Below the pieces are notes generated by a model, which was not told the origin of the DNA, did not search any database, and saw nothing but the letters and a program-made list of their open reading frames with translations. From sequence record NC_054915.1: a DNA stretch of 64,000 bases. One strand, 5' to 3'. Positions 13,539-22,993 of the stretch are shown here, in pieces. How positions within the stretch are numbered: position 1 is the stretch's first letter; the number at the start of each line of letters is the position of its first letter. The position numbers were made by a program, and so were the translations under genes. This DNA comes from Escherichia phage vB_EcoM_G8.

Positions 13539-14219
13539 TTATTTTAATGTTACGAAAGAAGAGTTGCGTGTTTCACGAATTAAAACTGATCCATCACGAT
13601 TAATGTAATAAATTAAGCTAAATAAAGTTTGGTGTGCTGACGCATGCTCAAAACTAGTTGGGTGAGATTTCCAATCCGGAGTTTCAGCTATCCATTGATA
13701 AATCCACCAAGGAACAGTGCAGAATCCTGGATTTTTTCCAATCAGCTGAAGATTCGGACTAAAGTTTTCCGGAAGAGTAAATACAGACGGCTTTTCAGAT
13801 TCAATAATCTCAGCTACAGCCTGTTCAAATTTTTCTTCAACAAAAGGAGTATCTTCAATCAAAACTGAGGTATTTTCAGGAATTTTATCCGTTTCTACTA
13901 CTTCAATTTTAATGTCAGATTTAACCGGAGAATCAATCAGAAGTGCTGCTTCTGGATTGACTTCTTCATCGTCATATTTTAATCCCTCTGCGGCATCAGC
14001 AGCATCAATTAAGTCTTTAATAGATAACCCATCAGTCTCTGGCATAGGTTCACTAGCGAGCTTCTGGAGGGCTTCTTCAATATCATTAACGATATTATCA
14101 AAAGATTTATTCTTTTTGACCTTTATACCAAACTGTTCAGCATATTCAGCTAATTTAGCTTTAGCTTCTTTGTTATCATCAAGAGCCTTCAGCTCTGCAA
14201 TATAATCTTTATCTATCAT
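13539..14219 (-). CDS. inh: inhibitor of prohead protease Inh
   Basis: 226 aa ORF immediately upstream of hoc on the same strand, as in T4. Confidence 0.8.
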   Translation of the reverse strand: MIDKDYIAELKALDDNKEAKAKLAEYAEQFGIKVKKNKSFDNIVNDIEEALQKLASEPMPETDGLSIKDLIDAADAAEGLKYDDEEVNPEAALLIDSPVKSDIKIEVVETDKIPENTSVLIEDTPFVEEKFEQAVAEIIESEKPSVFTLPENFSPNLQLIGKNPGFCTVPWWIYQWIAETPDWKSHPTSFEHASAHQTLFSLIYYINRDGSVLIRETRNSSFVTLK

Positions 14220-14232
14220 AATATTTCCTCAG

Positions 14233-14240
14233 TATAAATA
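14233..14240 (+). promoter_or_regulatory. late promoter TATAAATA (uvsW)
   Basis: Exact motif 30 nt upstream of uvsW ATG. Confidence 0.65.
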
Positions 14241-14269
14241 TAGATATATTTATTACATGGTATTTAGAC

Positions 14270-15781
14270 ATGACTGACATTAAAGTACATTTTTATGATT
14301 TTAGTCACGTGAGAATTGATTGTGAAGAAAGTACATTTCATGAACTCCGTGATTTCTTTAGCTTTGAAGCTGATGGGTATCGTTTTAATCCGAAGTACAG
14401 ATATGGCCACTGGGATGGACGAATCCGTCTTTTAGATTATAATCGACTTCTTCCATTCGGCTTAGTCGGGCAAATTAAAAAGTTCTGTGATAACTTTGGC
14501 TATAAAGCCTGGATTGACCCACAAATTAACGAAAAAGAAGAATTATCAAGAAAAGATTTTGATGAATGGCTTTCTAAATTAGAAATCTATTCAGGAAATA
14601 AAAGAATTGAACCACATTGGTATCAAAAAGATGCAGTGTTCGAAGGATTAGTTAATCGTCGTAGAATTCTTAATCTTCCAACATCCGCTGGTAAATCGTT
14701 AATTCAAGCTTTGCTTGCGCGATATTATTTGGAAAATTATGAAGGTAAAATTCTTATCATTGTTCCAACAACTGCTCTGACAACTCAGATGGCTGATGAC
14801 TTCGTCGACTATCGTTTATTCAGCCATGCAATGATAAAGAAAATTGGTGGCGGAGCATCAAAAGATGATAAATATAAAAATGATGCACCAGTCGTTGTTG
14901 GTACATGGCAAACTGTAGTAAAACAACCGAAAGAATGGTTCTCACAGTTTGGAATGATGATGAATGATGAATGCCATCTTGCTACAGGAAAAAGTATTTC
15001 ATCTATCATATCAGGTTTAAATAACTGCATGTTCAAATTCGGTTTGTCTGGTTCATTACGTGATGGCAAAGCCAATATCATGCAGTATGTTGGAATGTTT
15101 GGTGAAATATTTAAGCCAGTAACGACTTCTAAGTTAATGGAAGATGGACAAGTAACTGAGCTAAAAATTAATAGTATTTTTCTTCGCTATCCCGATGAGT
15201 TCACTACTAAATTAAAGGGAAAAACTTATCAAGAAGAAATAAAAATTATTACTGGGCTTAGTAAAAGAAATAAATGGATCGCTAAATTAGCTATTAAGCT
15301 TGCACAAAAAGATGAAAACGCTTTTGTCATGTTTAAACATGTATCGCATGGTAAAGCTATTTTCGATTTAATTAAAAATGAATACGATAAAGTTTATTAC
15401 GTATCAGGGGAAGTTGATACCGAAACCCGCAACGTAATGAAAACTTTAGCTGAAAACGGTAAAGGAATAATTATAGTAGCGAGTTATGGTGTATTTTCTA
15501 CTGGTATTTCAGTTAAAAATCTGCATCACGTTGTTTTAGCGCATGGTGTTAAATCAAAAATCATTGTATTACAAACAATCGGTCGTGTATTACGTAAGCA
15601 TGGTTCTAAGACAATAGCAACGGTCTGGGACCTCATAGATGACGCGGGCGTAGTTTCTAAATCAAAAACATCTTCTAAAAAATACTCGCATTTAAACTAT
15701 CTTTTAAAACATGGACTTGATCGTATTCAGCGTTATGCTGATGAAAAGTTTAATTATGTGATGAAAGAGGTTAAACTTTGA
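14270..15781 (+). CDS. uvsW: UvsW DNA/RNA helicase (SF2)
   Basis: 503 aa; Walker A-like PTSAGKS, DEAH-like MNDECH; late promoter upstream. Confidence 0.9.
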   Translation: MTDIKVHFYDFSHVRIDCEESTFHELRDFFSFEADGYRFNPKYRYGHWDGRIRLLDYNRLLPFGLVGQIKKFCDNFGYKAWIDPQINEKEELSRKDFDEWLSKLEIYSGNKRIEPHWYQKDAVFEGLVNRRRILNLPTSAGKSLIQALLARYYLENYEGKILIIVPTTALTTQMADDFVDYRLFSHAMIKKIGGGASKDDKYKNDAPVVVGTWQTVVKQPKEWFSQFGMMMNDECHLATGKSISSIISGLNNCMFKFGLSGSLRDGKANIMQYVGMFGEIFKPVTTSKLMEDGQVTELKINSIFLRYPDEFTTKLKGKTYQEEIKIITGLSKRNKWIAKLAIKLAQKDENAFVMFKHVSHGKAIFDLIKNEYDKVYYVSGEVDTETRNVMKTLAENGKGIIIVASYGVFSTGISVKNLHHVVLAHGVKSKIIVLQTIGRVLRKHGSKTIATVWDLIDDAGVVSKSKTSSKKYSHLNYLLKHGLDRIQRYADEKFNYVMKEVKL

Positions 15782-16470
15782 ATTATAAATTAATATATGA
15801 TAATTTAATTAATAGAGCCCAGAATCGGGCTCGCCTTAATGGATACACTGAAACACATCATATAATTCCTAGATGTATGGGTGGTACAAATGATAAGTGT
15901 AATTTAGTAGAACTAACGGCTGAAGAACATTTTATAGCCCATAAACTTTTAGCTAAAATTCATCCAAACCATTACGGTATAATTAAAGCTGTTATATGTA
16001 TGGGGATGAATTCAAATACTCATGAAAGACACGTCAATAAATCTTACGCATGGGAACGTCGTAAAATGGCAGAACTTCAATCCGGCGAAGGTAATCCATT
16101 TTACGGAAAACACCATACGGAAGAACATAAACAATATATGTCAAAACTCATGAAAAGTCGTCCAATTACATGGGGAAATAAAATTAGTAAAACTAAAAGA
16201 ATGAACCCAACGAAATGGACTGAAGAAGCTAAAAGATTACATTCAATCAATCAATCGGGTAAAAATAACGGCATGTATGGAAGGAAACATTCCGCTAAAT
16301 CTATTCAGAAAATTAAAGATAACATGCCAGATAATTCAGGAGCTAATAACCCAGCTGCTAAACCTATAGAAGTAAATGGTGTTAAGTATAAATGTATGAA
16401 AGATGCTTCTAAAGCTACTGGATTATCAATGTACAAACTAAGAATACTTAGAAAAACAGTCAATTTATAA
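15778..16470 (+). CDS. HNH-family homing endonuclease-like protein with NUMOD-like repeats
   Basis: 230 aa; no in-frame ATG near N-terminus, TTG at 15778 overlaps uvsW TGA; HNH motif ETHHIIPRCMGGTNDKCNLVELTAEEHFIAH; repeats GEGNPFYGKHHTEEHKQYMS and GKNNGMYGRKHSAKSIQKI. Confidence 0.75.
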   Translation: MNYKLIYDNLINRAQNRARLNGYTETHHIIPRCMGGTNDKCNLVELTAEEHFIAHKLLAKIHPNHYGIIKAVICMGMNSNTHERHVNKSYAWERRKMAELQSGEGNPFYGKHHTEEHKQYMSKLMKSRPITWGNKISKTKRMNPTKWTEEAKRLHSINQSGKNNGMYGRKHSAKSIQKIKDNMPDNSGANNPAAKPIEVNGVKYKCMKDASKATGLSMYKLRILRKTVNL

Positions 16471-16482
16471 GGGCTTCGGCCC
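16471..16482 (+). terminator. UUCG hairpin between HNH gene and uvsW.1
   Basis: GGGC-TTCG-GCCC followed by TTTGGAG. Confidence 0.4.
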
Positions 16483-16495
16483 TTTGGAGAAAAAG

Positions 16496-16726
16496 ATGTT
16501 ACTAAAATTTAAACAATTTCTTTATGAAGCTTCTATTGATGAATTTATGGGTAAAATTGCCTCTTGTCAAACATTAGAAGGTTTAGAAGAACTTGAAGCT
16601 TATTACAAGAAAAGAGTCAAAGAAACTGAATTAAAAGATACTGATGACATCTCTGTGAGAGATGCTTTGGCAGGAAAAAGAGCTGAATTAGAAGATTCAG
16701 ACGATGAAGTAGAAGAAAGCTTTTAA
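16496..16726 (+). CDS. uvsW.1: UvsW.1 small acidic protein
   Basis: ATG 16496 after GGAGAAAAAG gives 76 aa (track ORF 16484 is longer); acidic C-terminus. Confidence 0.75.
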   Translation: MLLKFKQFLYEASIDEFMGKIASCQTLEGLEELEAYYKKRVKETELKDTDDISVRDALAGKRAELEDSDDEVEESF

Positions 16727-16736
16727 ATTAAAAAAA

Positions 16737-16759
16737 GGCCCAACCAAAAAGGAAGGGCC
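16737..16759. terminator. hairpin between convergent uvsW.1 and uvsY.-2
   Basis: GGCCC-13 nt-GGGCC, A/T-rich flanks. Confidence 0.4.
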
Positions 16760-16782
16760 AAAACTATAGACTAAAGGTCACA

Positions 16783-16950
16783 CTATAGCAAAAGTTGTGT
16801 TTCATTTAATTGTTCTTCCGAACTTTCTGAAACTGGTAGTTCTTTAATGTAATTATAGCAAGGCCCAGGATGTACAGGACCTTTGTCTGTTTCAACAACC
16901 AATGCAGAATCGATTGGAGTTTTACAGACAACACAAATCTTATCTGACAT
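16783..16950 (-). CDS. uvsY.-2: small Cys-containing protein (uvsY.-2 position)
   Basis: 55 aa ORF not in track (<60 aa): MSDKICVVCKTPIDSALVVETDKGPVHPGPCYNYIKELPVSESSEEQLNETQLLL; SD GAGGAGACAATC upstream. Confidence 0.6.
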   Translation of the reverse strand: MSDKICVVCKTPIDSALVVETDKGPVHPGPCYNYIKELPVSESSEEQLNETQLLL

Positions 16951-16978
16951 GATTGTCTCCTCTGAATTATATATCTAT

Positions 16979-17203
16979 TTATACAACTCTCATATGCATA
17001 TCAATGCCCATATCTTTAGAATAAAAATATTCATCAAGATATCCGGCAAATTTTCCTTTAATATAAAGGACATCTTCACCACACGGGTGGTCGGCCAGGA
17101 TACGAATATCCTGACGCTTAAGATTATGCTTTTTCATTAAGAATTGAATTTCCGTTTCAAATTCTTCTTCATAATTAAAAGCATCATCAATGCTATATTT
17201 CAT
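16979..17203 (-). CDS. uvsY.-1: hypothetical protein (uvsY.-1 position)
   Basis: 74 aa, start overlaps uvsY stop. Confidence 0.7.
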   Translation of the reverse strand: MKYSIDDAFNYEEEFETEIQFLMKKHNLKRQDIRILADHPCGEDVLYIKGKFAGYLDEYFYSKDMGIDMHMRVV

Positions 17204-17616
17204 TATTTTCCAGCCTCAAATGCTCGCATGTCTTGAATATGCTTAATAGCAAATCCACGTGATTTAATAGCATCAAGAGCTCCGCTACAGAAATCTAATA
17301 AAATTCCCCAATATTGTAATGAAGTATCAACCTTTAAAACATCCTTATCAGCTGATAAAACTGTCTTCATTTCTGATTTCTCGTAACGATCCATACTAAA
17401 TTCATCACCATCTCCTCGTCCCGAGTAGTAGTCTAATCTAGCTTTAAGAGCAACTTTTTTCTGTGCGTCAATTCTAAGCATTTCCTTTTTAATACTTGAA
17501 TGCTTATTAAGCCATTTACTATATAACATCACATTATTAGCTGCTTCATACTGTAATTTAGTCGAATCTATAAACACATCTTTCTTCAATTCTTCTTGAA
17601 GATCTTCTAATCTCAT
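17203..17616 (-). CDS. uvsY: recombination mediator UvsY
   Basis: 137 aa MRLEDLQEELKKDVFIDSTKLQYEAANNVMLYSKW…; MotA-type promoter upstream. Confidence 0.9.
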   Translation of the reverse strand: MRLEDLQEELKKDVFIDSTKLQYEAANNVMLYSKWLNKHSSIKKEMLRIDAQKKVALKARLDYYSGRGDGDEFSMDRYEKSEMKTVLSADKDVLKVDTSLQYWGILLDFCSGALDAIKSRGFAIKHIQDMRAFEAGK

Positions 17617-17656
17617 ATTGTTCTCTATTCAATTGTTATTGGATGGACTTAGATTC

Positions 17657-17684
17657 ATTATACCACGTTTTAACGTGAAGCATT
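17657..17684 (-). promoter_or_regulatory. MotA-type middle promoter upstream of uvsY
   Basis: Minus strand AATGCTTCA (MotA-box-like) - 13 nt - TATAAT; spacer has palindrome CACGTTAAAACGTG. Confidence 0.55.
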
Positions 17685-18081
17685 ATACCCTATTACTCGA
17701 AGCCAGTTGCAGTTTTATCTGCTCAATATCATCAGGGTTATCGATGACCGAAAAGCGTATTTCTACTATCAGAGTATAATCATCATAAACTGGTATTACA
17801 TTAACTGATAATTTATCAATACGTGGCTCATAGTTTCTTACTGCGCTTTCGATATTGCGCTCAACTGTGTCAGCAGTAAGAGGAGTCATATTCTCAAAAA
17901 GCTGGTCTGATAAATCACATCCAAATTCAGGGTCAAACGGTCTTGAACCTTTTCTTGTTGTAATAATTCCCAAAAGACTGTTTTTAATTGACCTTAATCC
18001 AAGTGATCTGGAAACATCTTTGTTCCAATCCATTTTCATTTCCGGGTCAATGTCAGAATAAAGCTTATTAATATTTGCCAT
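17683..18081 (-). CDS. 25: baseplate wedge protein gp25
   Basis: 132 aa, T4 gp25 length and position. Confidence 0.9.
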   Translation of the reverse strand: MANINKLYSDIDPEMKMDWNKDVSRSLGLRSIKNSLLGIITTRKGSRPFDPEFGCDLSDQLFENMTPLTADTVERNIESAVRNYEPRIDKLSVNVIPVYDDYTLIVEIRFSVIDNPDDIEQIKLQLASSNRV

Positions 18082-18707
18082 TATAGTAACTCAAAGAACT
18101 CTTTGAGGCCTCTTATTACGTGAGCATGGGTTTTTCCACACTCTGGACACTTAATTGGAACAGCCAAATAAACGGTAGGTTTTAAAAGCATATCTTTTAT
18201 AGCTACAATATCTGACTCTGTGATGATAGAATATAAATCTTCTAGTTCCTTTTCATTTAAGTCTTCAACTGGAATGCTTTCCCCGTTAGCATGAATCGTT
18301 TCTATACATGATACTATCATGTGGGCTATATTTTTATCATCAAAAATTTTAGGGTATCGTAATTTAATTTTAATGTCACCCAGTGTATACCAGAGGTCTT
18401 CTGGTGCATCTATTTGTGTGTGTAATAGATTTATATGGGTTGGTATTTCAGTTCCACAGGTGCACTTCCAGGAGTTTTCGTGATTAACTTCGCCGAGAGA
18501 ATGTGCCCATAAATGAATCAACAATAGTTCTGATTCTTGGCGGTTTAAATCTTTTGCATTTGTGCAGTCTTTGATTAGCTTTTTAACAACTACTTCTACT
18601 GAACCATTATTTTTGGCAGTAATAAGTTCTAGATATTCTTTAAGCGTGAATGCGCGACAATTGATTATTTTAGAACCAACTCTCACATCAAATTTGTATT
18701 CATACAT
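18081..18707 (-). CDS. 26: baseplate hub protein gp26
   Basis: 208 aa, divergent from gene 51. Confidence 0.85.
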   Translation of the reverse strand: MYEYKFDVRVGSKIINCRAFTLKEYLELITAKNNGSVEVVVKKLIKDCTNAKDLNRQESELLLIHLWAHSLGEVNHENSWKCTCGTEIPTHINLLHTQIDAPEDLWYTLGDIKIKLRYPKIFDDKNIAHMIVSCIETIHANGESIPVEDLNEKELEDLYSIITESDIVAIKDMLLKPTVYLAVPIKCPECGKTHAHVIRGLKEFFELL

Positions 18708-18729
18708 ATTTTAGCTCCTTTATTTATCA

Positions 18730-18737
18730 TATTTATA
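18730..18737 (-). promoter_or_regulatory. late promoter TATAAATA (gene 26), overlapping the gene 51 promoter
   Basis: Plus-strand tatttata, i.e. TATAAATA on minus strand. Confidence 0.55.
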
Positions 18738-18741
18738 AATA
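18734..18741 (+). promoter_or_regulatory. late promoter TATAAATA (gene 51)
   Basis: Exact motif; overlaps opposite-strand TATAAATA. Confidence 0.65.
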
Positions 18742-18758
18742 GAATAAAAGGAGCATCT

Positions 18759-19508
18759 ATGGCAAACATTATTCGTTGTAAATTACCAGATGGTGTTCAT
18801 CGTTTTAAACCATTTACGGTAGAAGATTATCGAGATTTTTTGTTAGTTCGAAACGATATAGAACATCGGTCACCACAAGAACAAAAAGAAATAATTACTG
18901 ATTTAATTGATGATTATTTTGGAGACTATCCGAAGACTTGGCAACCATTTATATTTTTGCAGGTATTTGTAGGGTCAATAGGTAAAACTAAAGTACCGGT
19001 CACATTTGTATGTCCAAAATGTAAAAAAGAAAAGACAGTTCCATTTGAAATATATCAAAAAGAATTAAAGGAACCTGTTTTTGATGTAGCTAATGTTAAA
19101 ATTAAATTAAAGTTTCCTTCTGAGTTTTATGAAAATAAAGCAAAGATGATTACTGAAAATATTCATTCTGTTCAAGTAGATGAAACTTGGTATGATTGGA
19201 AGGAAATTAGCGAATCAAGTCAAATAGAACTCGTTGACGCCATCGAGATAGAAACATTAGAACAAATTCTCGATGCAATGAATCCTATTAATTTAACTCT
19301 ACATATGTCATGCTGTAATAAGTACATTAAAAAATACACTGATATAGTAGACGTGTTTAAGCTATTAGTTAACCCAGATGAGATATTTACTTTTTATCAA
19401 ATTAATCACACACTCGTAAAAAGTAATTATAGCTTAAATTCAATAATGAAAATGATTCCTGCTGAGCGCGGATTCGTATTAAAACTGATTGAGAAGGATA
19501 AACAATAA
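18759..19508 (+). CDS. 51: baseplate hub assembly protein gp51
   Basis: 249 aa after late promoter and AAAGGAG. Confidence 0.85.
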   Translation: MANIIRCKLPDGVHRFKPFTVEDYRDFLLVRNDIEHRSPQEQKEIITDLIDDYFGDYPKTWQPFIFLQVFVGSIGKTKVPVTFVCPKCKKEKTVPFEIYQKELKEPVFDVANVKIKLKFPSEFYENKAKMITENIHSVQVDETWYDWKEISESSQIELVDAIEIETLEQILDAMNPINLTLHMSCCNKYIKKYTDIVDVFKLLVNPDEIFTFYQINHTLVKSNYSLNSIMKMIPAERGFVLKLIEKDKQ

Positions 19509-20683
19509 TGAGTATGTTGCAACGCCCCGGATATCCAAATCTCAGCGTTAAATTATTTGATAGCTACGACGCTTGGAGTAATAATAGATTTGTTGAATTA
19601 GCTGCTACTATTACCACATTAACTATGCGGGATTCTCTTTATGGCCGAAATGAAGGAATGCTGCAGTTTTATGATTCTAAAAACATCCATACAAAAATGG
19701 ATGGAAATGAAATAATTCAGATTTCTGTAGCTAATGCAAATGATATTAATAATGTTAAAACACGAATTTATGGATGTAAGCATTTTTCCGTGTCAGTAGA
19801 TTCAAAAGGCGATAACATCATTGCTATTGAATTGGGAACTATTCATTCTATAGAAAATCTTAAATTTGGTAGACCATTTTTCCCTGATGCAGGTGAATCT
19901 ATAAAAGAAATGCTTGGTGTCATTTATCAGGATCGCACATTATTAACTCCAGCGATAAATGCTATAAATGCTTATGTTCCTGATATTCCATGGACTAGCA
20001 CATTTGAAAACTATTTGTCATATGTAAGAGAAGTTGGTCTAGCTGTAGGAAGTGACAAATTTGTATTTGTGTGGCAAGACATCATGGGAGTTAACATGAT
20101 GGACTATGATATGATGATAAATCAAGAACCATATCCAATGATTGTCGGTGAGCCATCTTTAATAGGTCAATTCATCCAAGAATTAAAATACCCATTAGCA
20201 TATGATTTCGTTTGGTTGACTAAATCGAATCCTCACAAACGTGACCCAATGAAAAATGCTACTATCTATGCGCATTCATTTTTAGATTCTTCATTACCAA
20301 TGATTACTACAGGAAAGGGTGAAAACTCTATTGTAGTGTCAAGGTCAGGTGCTTATTCTGAAATGACTTATAGGAATGGATATGAAGAAGCTATTCGTCT
20401 TCAAACTATGGCACAATATGACGGTTATGCTAAATGTTCTACTGTCGGTAATTTTAACTTGACTCCTGGTGTTAAAATTATTTTTAATGATAGTAAAAAT
20501 CAATTTAAAACCGAATTTTACGTTGATGAAGTCATCCATGAATTATCCAATAATAATTCAGTAACTCATCTATATATGTTCACTAATGCAACGAAACTGG
20601 AAACAATAGACCCAGTTAAGGTTAAAAATGAATTTAAATCTGATACTACCACTGAAGAAAGTAGTTCTTCCAATAAGCAATAA
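19508..20683 (+). CDS. 27: baseplate hub protein gp27
   Basis: 391 aa, ATGA overlap with gene 51. Confidence 0.9.
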   Translation: MSMLQRPGYPNLSVKLFDSYDAWSNNRFVELAATITTLTMRDSLYGRNEGMLQFYDSKNIHTKMDGNEIIQISVANANDINNVKTRIYGCKHFSVSVDSKGDNIIAIELGTIHSIENLKFGRPFFPDAGESIKEMLGVIYQDRTLLTPAINAINAYVPDIPWTSTFENYLSYVREVGLAVGSDKFVFVWQDIMGVNMMDYDMMINQEPYPMIVGEPSLIGQFIQELKYPLAYDFVWLTKSNPHKRDPMKNATIYAHSFLDSSLPMITTGKGENSIVVSRSGAYSEMTYRNGYEEAIRLQTMAQYDGYAKCSTVGNFNLTPGVKIIFNDSKNQFKTEFYVDEVIHELSNNNSVTHLYMFTNATKLETIDPVKVKNEFKSDTTTEESSSSNKQ

Positions 20684-21216
20684 AGAAGTTTCTATTCCTA
20701 AAATGGGTCTTAAACACTATAACATTTTAAAAGATGTTAAAGGTCCTGATGAAAATTTAAAACTTCTTATTGATTCTATTTGTCCGAATTTATCACCGGC
20801 AGAAGTTGATTTCGTTTCTATTCATTTATTGGAATTTAATGGAAAGATTAAATCTCGTAAAGAAATAGATGGCTATACTTATGACATTAATGATGTTTAT
20901 GTATGCCAAAGATTAGAATTTCAATGGCTATACTTATGACATTAATGATGTTTATGTATGCCAAAGATTAGAATTTCAATACCAAGGAAACACATTTTAT
21001 TTTAGACCTCCTGGAAAATTTGAACAATTTTTAACGGTGAGCGATATGTTATCTAAATGCTTACTTAAGGTCAATGATGAAGTTAAAGAAATTAATTTTC
21101 TTGAGATGCCAGCATTCGTTTTAAAATGGGCAAATGATATTTTTACAACTTTAGCAATTCCTGGCCCTAATGGTCCAATAACTGGAATTGGCAATATTAT
21201 TGGATTATTTGAATGA
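20628..21216 (+). pseudogene. 28: baseplate hub gene 28 interrupted by a frameshift (55-bp tandem duplication)
   Basis: ATG 20628; frame 0 ends WLYL-stop at 20937-20939; remainder in +1 frame to TGA 21214-21216 overlapping gene 29 ATG; removing one 55-nt unit restores a 177-aa ORF. Confidence 0.8.
20871..20980 (+). repeat. perfect 55-bp tandem duplication (2 units) inside gene 28
   Basis: 20871-20925 and 20926-20980 both ggctatacttatgacattaatgatgtttatgtatgccaaagattagaatttcaat. Confidence 0.95.
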
Positions 21217-22985
21217 AAAAGCCACAAGAAATGCAAACGATGCGTAGAAAAGTTATTTCAGATAATAAACCAACACAGGAAGCGGCTAAATCCGCTTCCA
21301 ACACTTTATCTGGACTTAACGATATATCTACGAAATTGGATGATGCTCAAGCTGCTTCTGAATTAATTGCTCAAACTGTCGAAGAAAAATCGAATGAAAT
21401 AATTGGAGCAATTGACAATGTAGAAAGCGCAGTGAGTGATACTACTGCCGGTTCTGAGTTAATTGCTGAAACTGTCGAAATTGGCAACAATATTAATAAA
21501 GAAATCGGTGAATCACTCGGGAGCAAATTAGATAAATTAACAAGTTTACTAGAGCAAAAAATTCAGACAGCTGGAATTCAACAGACGGGAACTAGTTTAG
21601 CCACGGTTGAAAGCGCTATTCCTGTTAAAGTCGTTGAGGATGATACTGCCGAATCTGTGGGTCCTTTATTACCAGCTCCTGAAGCAGTTAATAATGATCC
21701 TGACGCTGATTTTTTCCCTACCCCTCAACCAGTTGAACCCAAACAAGAATCACCAGAAGAAAAACAGAAAAAAGAAGCATTTAACTTAAAATTATCACAA
21801 GCTTTAGATAAATTAACAAAGACAGTTGATTTTGGATTTAAGAAATCCATTTCAATTACTGATAAAATATCAAGCATGCTATTTAAGTACACCGTCAGTG
21901 CTGCTATTGAAGCCGCTAAAATGACTGCAATGATATTGGCTGTTGTTGTTGGAATAGATCTGTTGATGGTTCATTTTAAATACTGGTCAGATAAATTTTC
22001 AAAAGCCTGGGATTTATTTAATACTGACTTTACTAAATTCTCTAGCGAAACCGGAACGTGGGGTCCTTTATTACAGAGCATCTTTGGTTCTATTGATAAA
22101 ATTAAGAAGCTGTGGGAAGCTGGAGACTGGGGCGGATTGACAACAGCTATTGTCGAAGGACTTGGAAAGGTTCTTTTTAATTTAGGAGAGCTTATTCAAC
22201 TTGGAATGGCTAAATTATCTGCGGCAATTCTTCGAGTTATTCCTGGTATGAAGGATACTGCTGATGAAGTAGAAGGAAGAGCACTAGAAAATTTCCAAAA
22301 TACTACAAATGCTTCTCTTAGCAAAGAAGACCAAGAAAAAGTTGCAAATTATCAATATAAAAGAATGAATGGCGATCTTGGTCCAATAGCAAAAGGGCTA
22401 GACAAAATTGCGAACTGGAAAACTCGTGCATCTAACTGGATTCGTGGTGTTGATAATAAAGAAGCACTAACGACTGATGAAGAGAGAGCAGAGGAAGAAG
22501 AAAAATTAAAGCAACTTTCTCCGGAGGAAGCTAAAATTGCTTTAATGAAAGCTAATGAAGCTCGTGCTGCTATGAATCGTTTTGATGAATACGCTAATTC
22601 AGCTGATATGAGTAAAGACTCAACGGTTAAATCAGTTGAAGCTGCTTATGAAGATCTTAAAAAACGGATGGATGACCCGGATTTAAATAATTCACCGGCA
22701 GTTAAAAAAGAACTTGCTGCTAGATTTTCTAAAATTGATGCTACTTATCAAGAGCTCAAGAAAAATCAGCCTAATGCCAAACCTCAAACTTCTGCTAAAT
22801 CGCCAGAAGCGAAACAGGTCCAGGTTATTGAAAAGAACAAAGCACAGCAAGCTCCTGTTCAGCAAGCATCTCCTTCAATCAATAATACTAATAATGTTAT
22901 TAAGAAAAATACTGTCGTTCATAATATGACACCTGTCACAAGCACAACTGCTCCTGGTGTATTTGATGCGACTGGAGTTAATTAA
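21213..22985 (+). CDS. 29: baseplate hub / tail length determinator gp29
   Basis: 590 aa. Confidence 0.9.
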   Translation: MKKPQEMQTMRRKVISDNKPTQEAAKSASNTLSGLNDISTKLDDAQAASELIAQTVEEKSNEIIGAIDNVESAVSDTTAGSELIAETVEIGNNINKEIGESLGSKLDKLTSLLEQKIQTAGIQQTGTSLATVESAIPVKVVEDDTAESVGPLLPAPEAVNNDPDADFFPTPQPVEPKQESPEEKQKKEAFNLKLSQALDKLTKTVDFGFKKSISITDKISSMLFKYTVSAAIEAAKMTAMILAVVVGIDLLMVHFKYWSDKFSKAWDLFNTDFTKFSSETGTWGPLLQSIFGSIDKIKKLWEAGDWGGLTTAIVEGLGKVLFNLGELIQLGMAKLSAAILRVIPGMKDTADEVEGRALENFQNTTNASLSKEDQEKVANYQYKRMNGDLGPIAKGLDKIANWKTRASNWIRGVDNKEALTTDEERAEEEEKLKQLSPEEAKIALMKANEARAAMNRFDEYANSADMSKDSTVKSVEAAYEDLKKRMDDPDLNNSPAVKKELAARFSKIDATYQELKKNQPNAKPQTSAKSPEAKQVQVIEKNKAQQAPVQQASPSINNTNNVIKKNTVVHNMTPVTSTTAPGVFDATGVN

Positions 22986-22993
22986 GGAATAAT

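Noticed and set aside
14220-14269. Possible GIY-YIG seg gene between inh and uvsW (where I recall segE in T4), and between genes 23 and 24
   Set aside because: Only 50 bp and 83 bp of intergenic DNA are present; no ORF. Noted as absence; my memory of exact T4 seg positions is not certain.
20997-21236. 79-aa minus-strand ORF spanning the gene 28/29 junction
   Set aside because: Antisense to the 3' part of gene 28; a by-product of the frameshifted region, not an independent gene.
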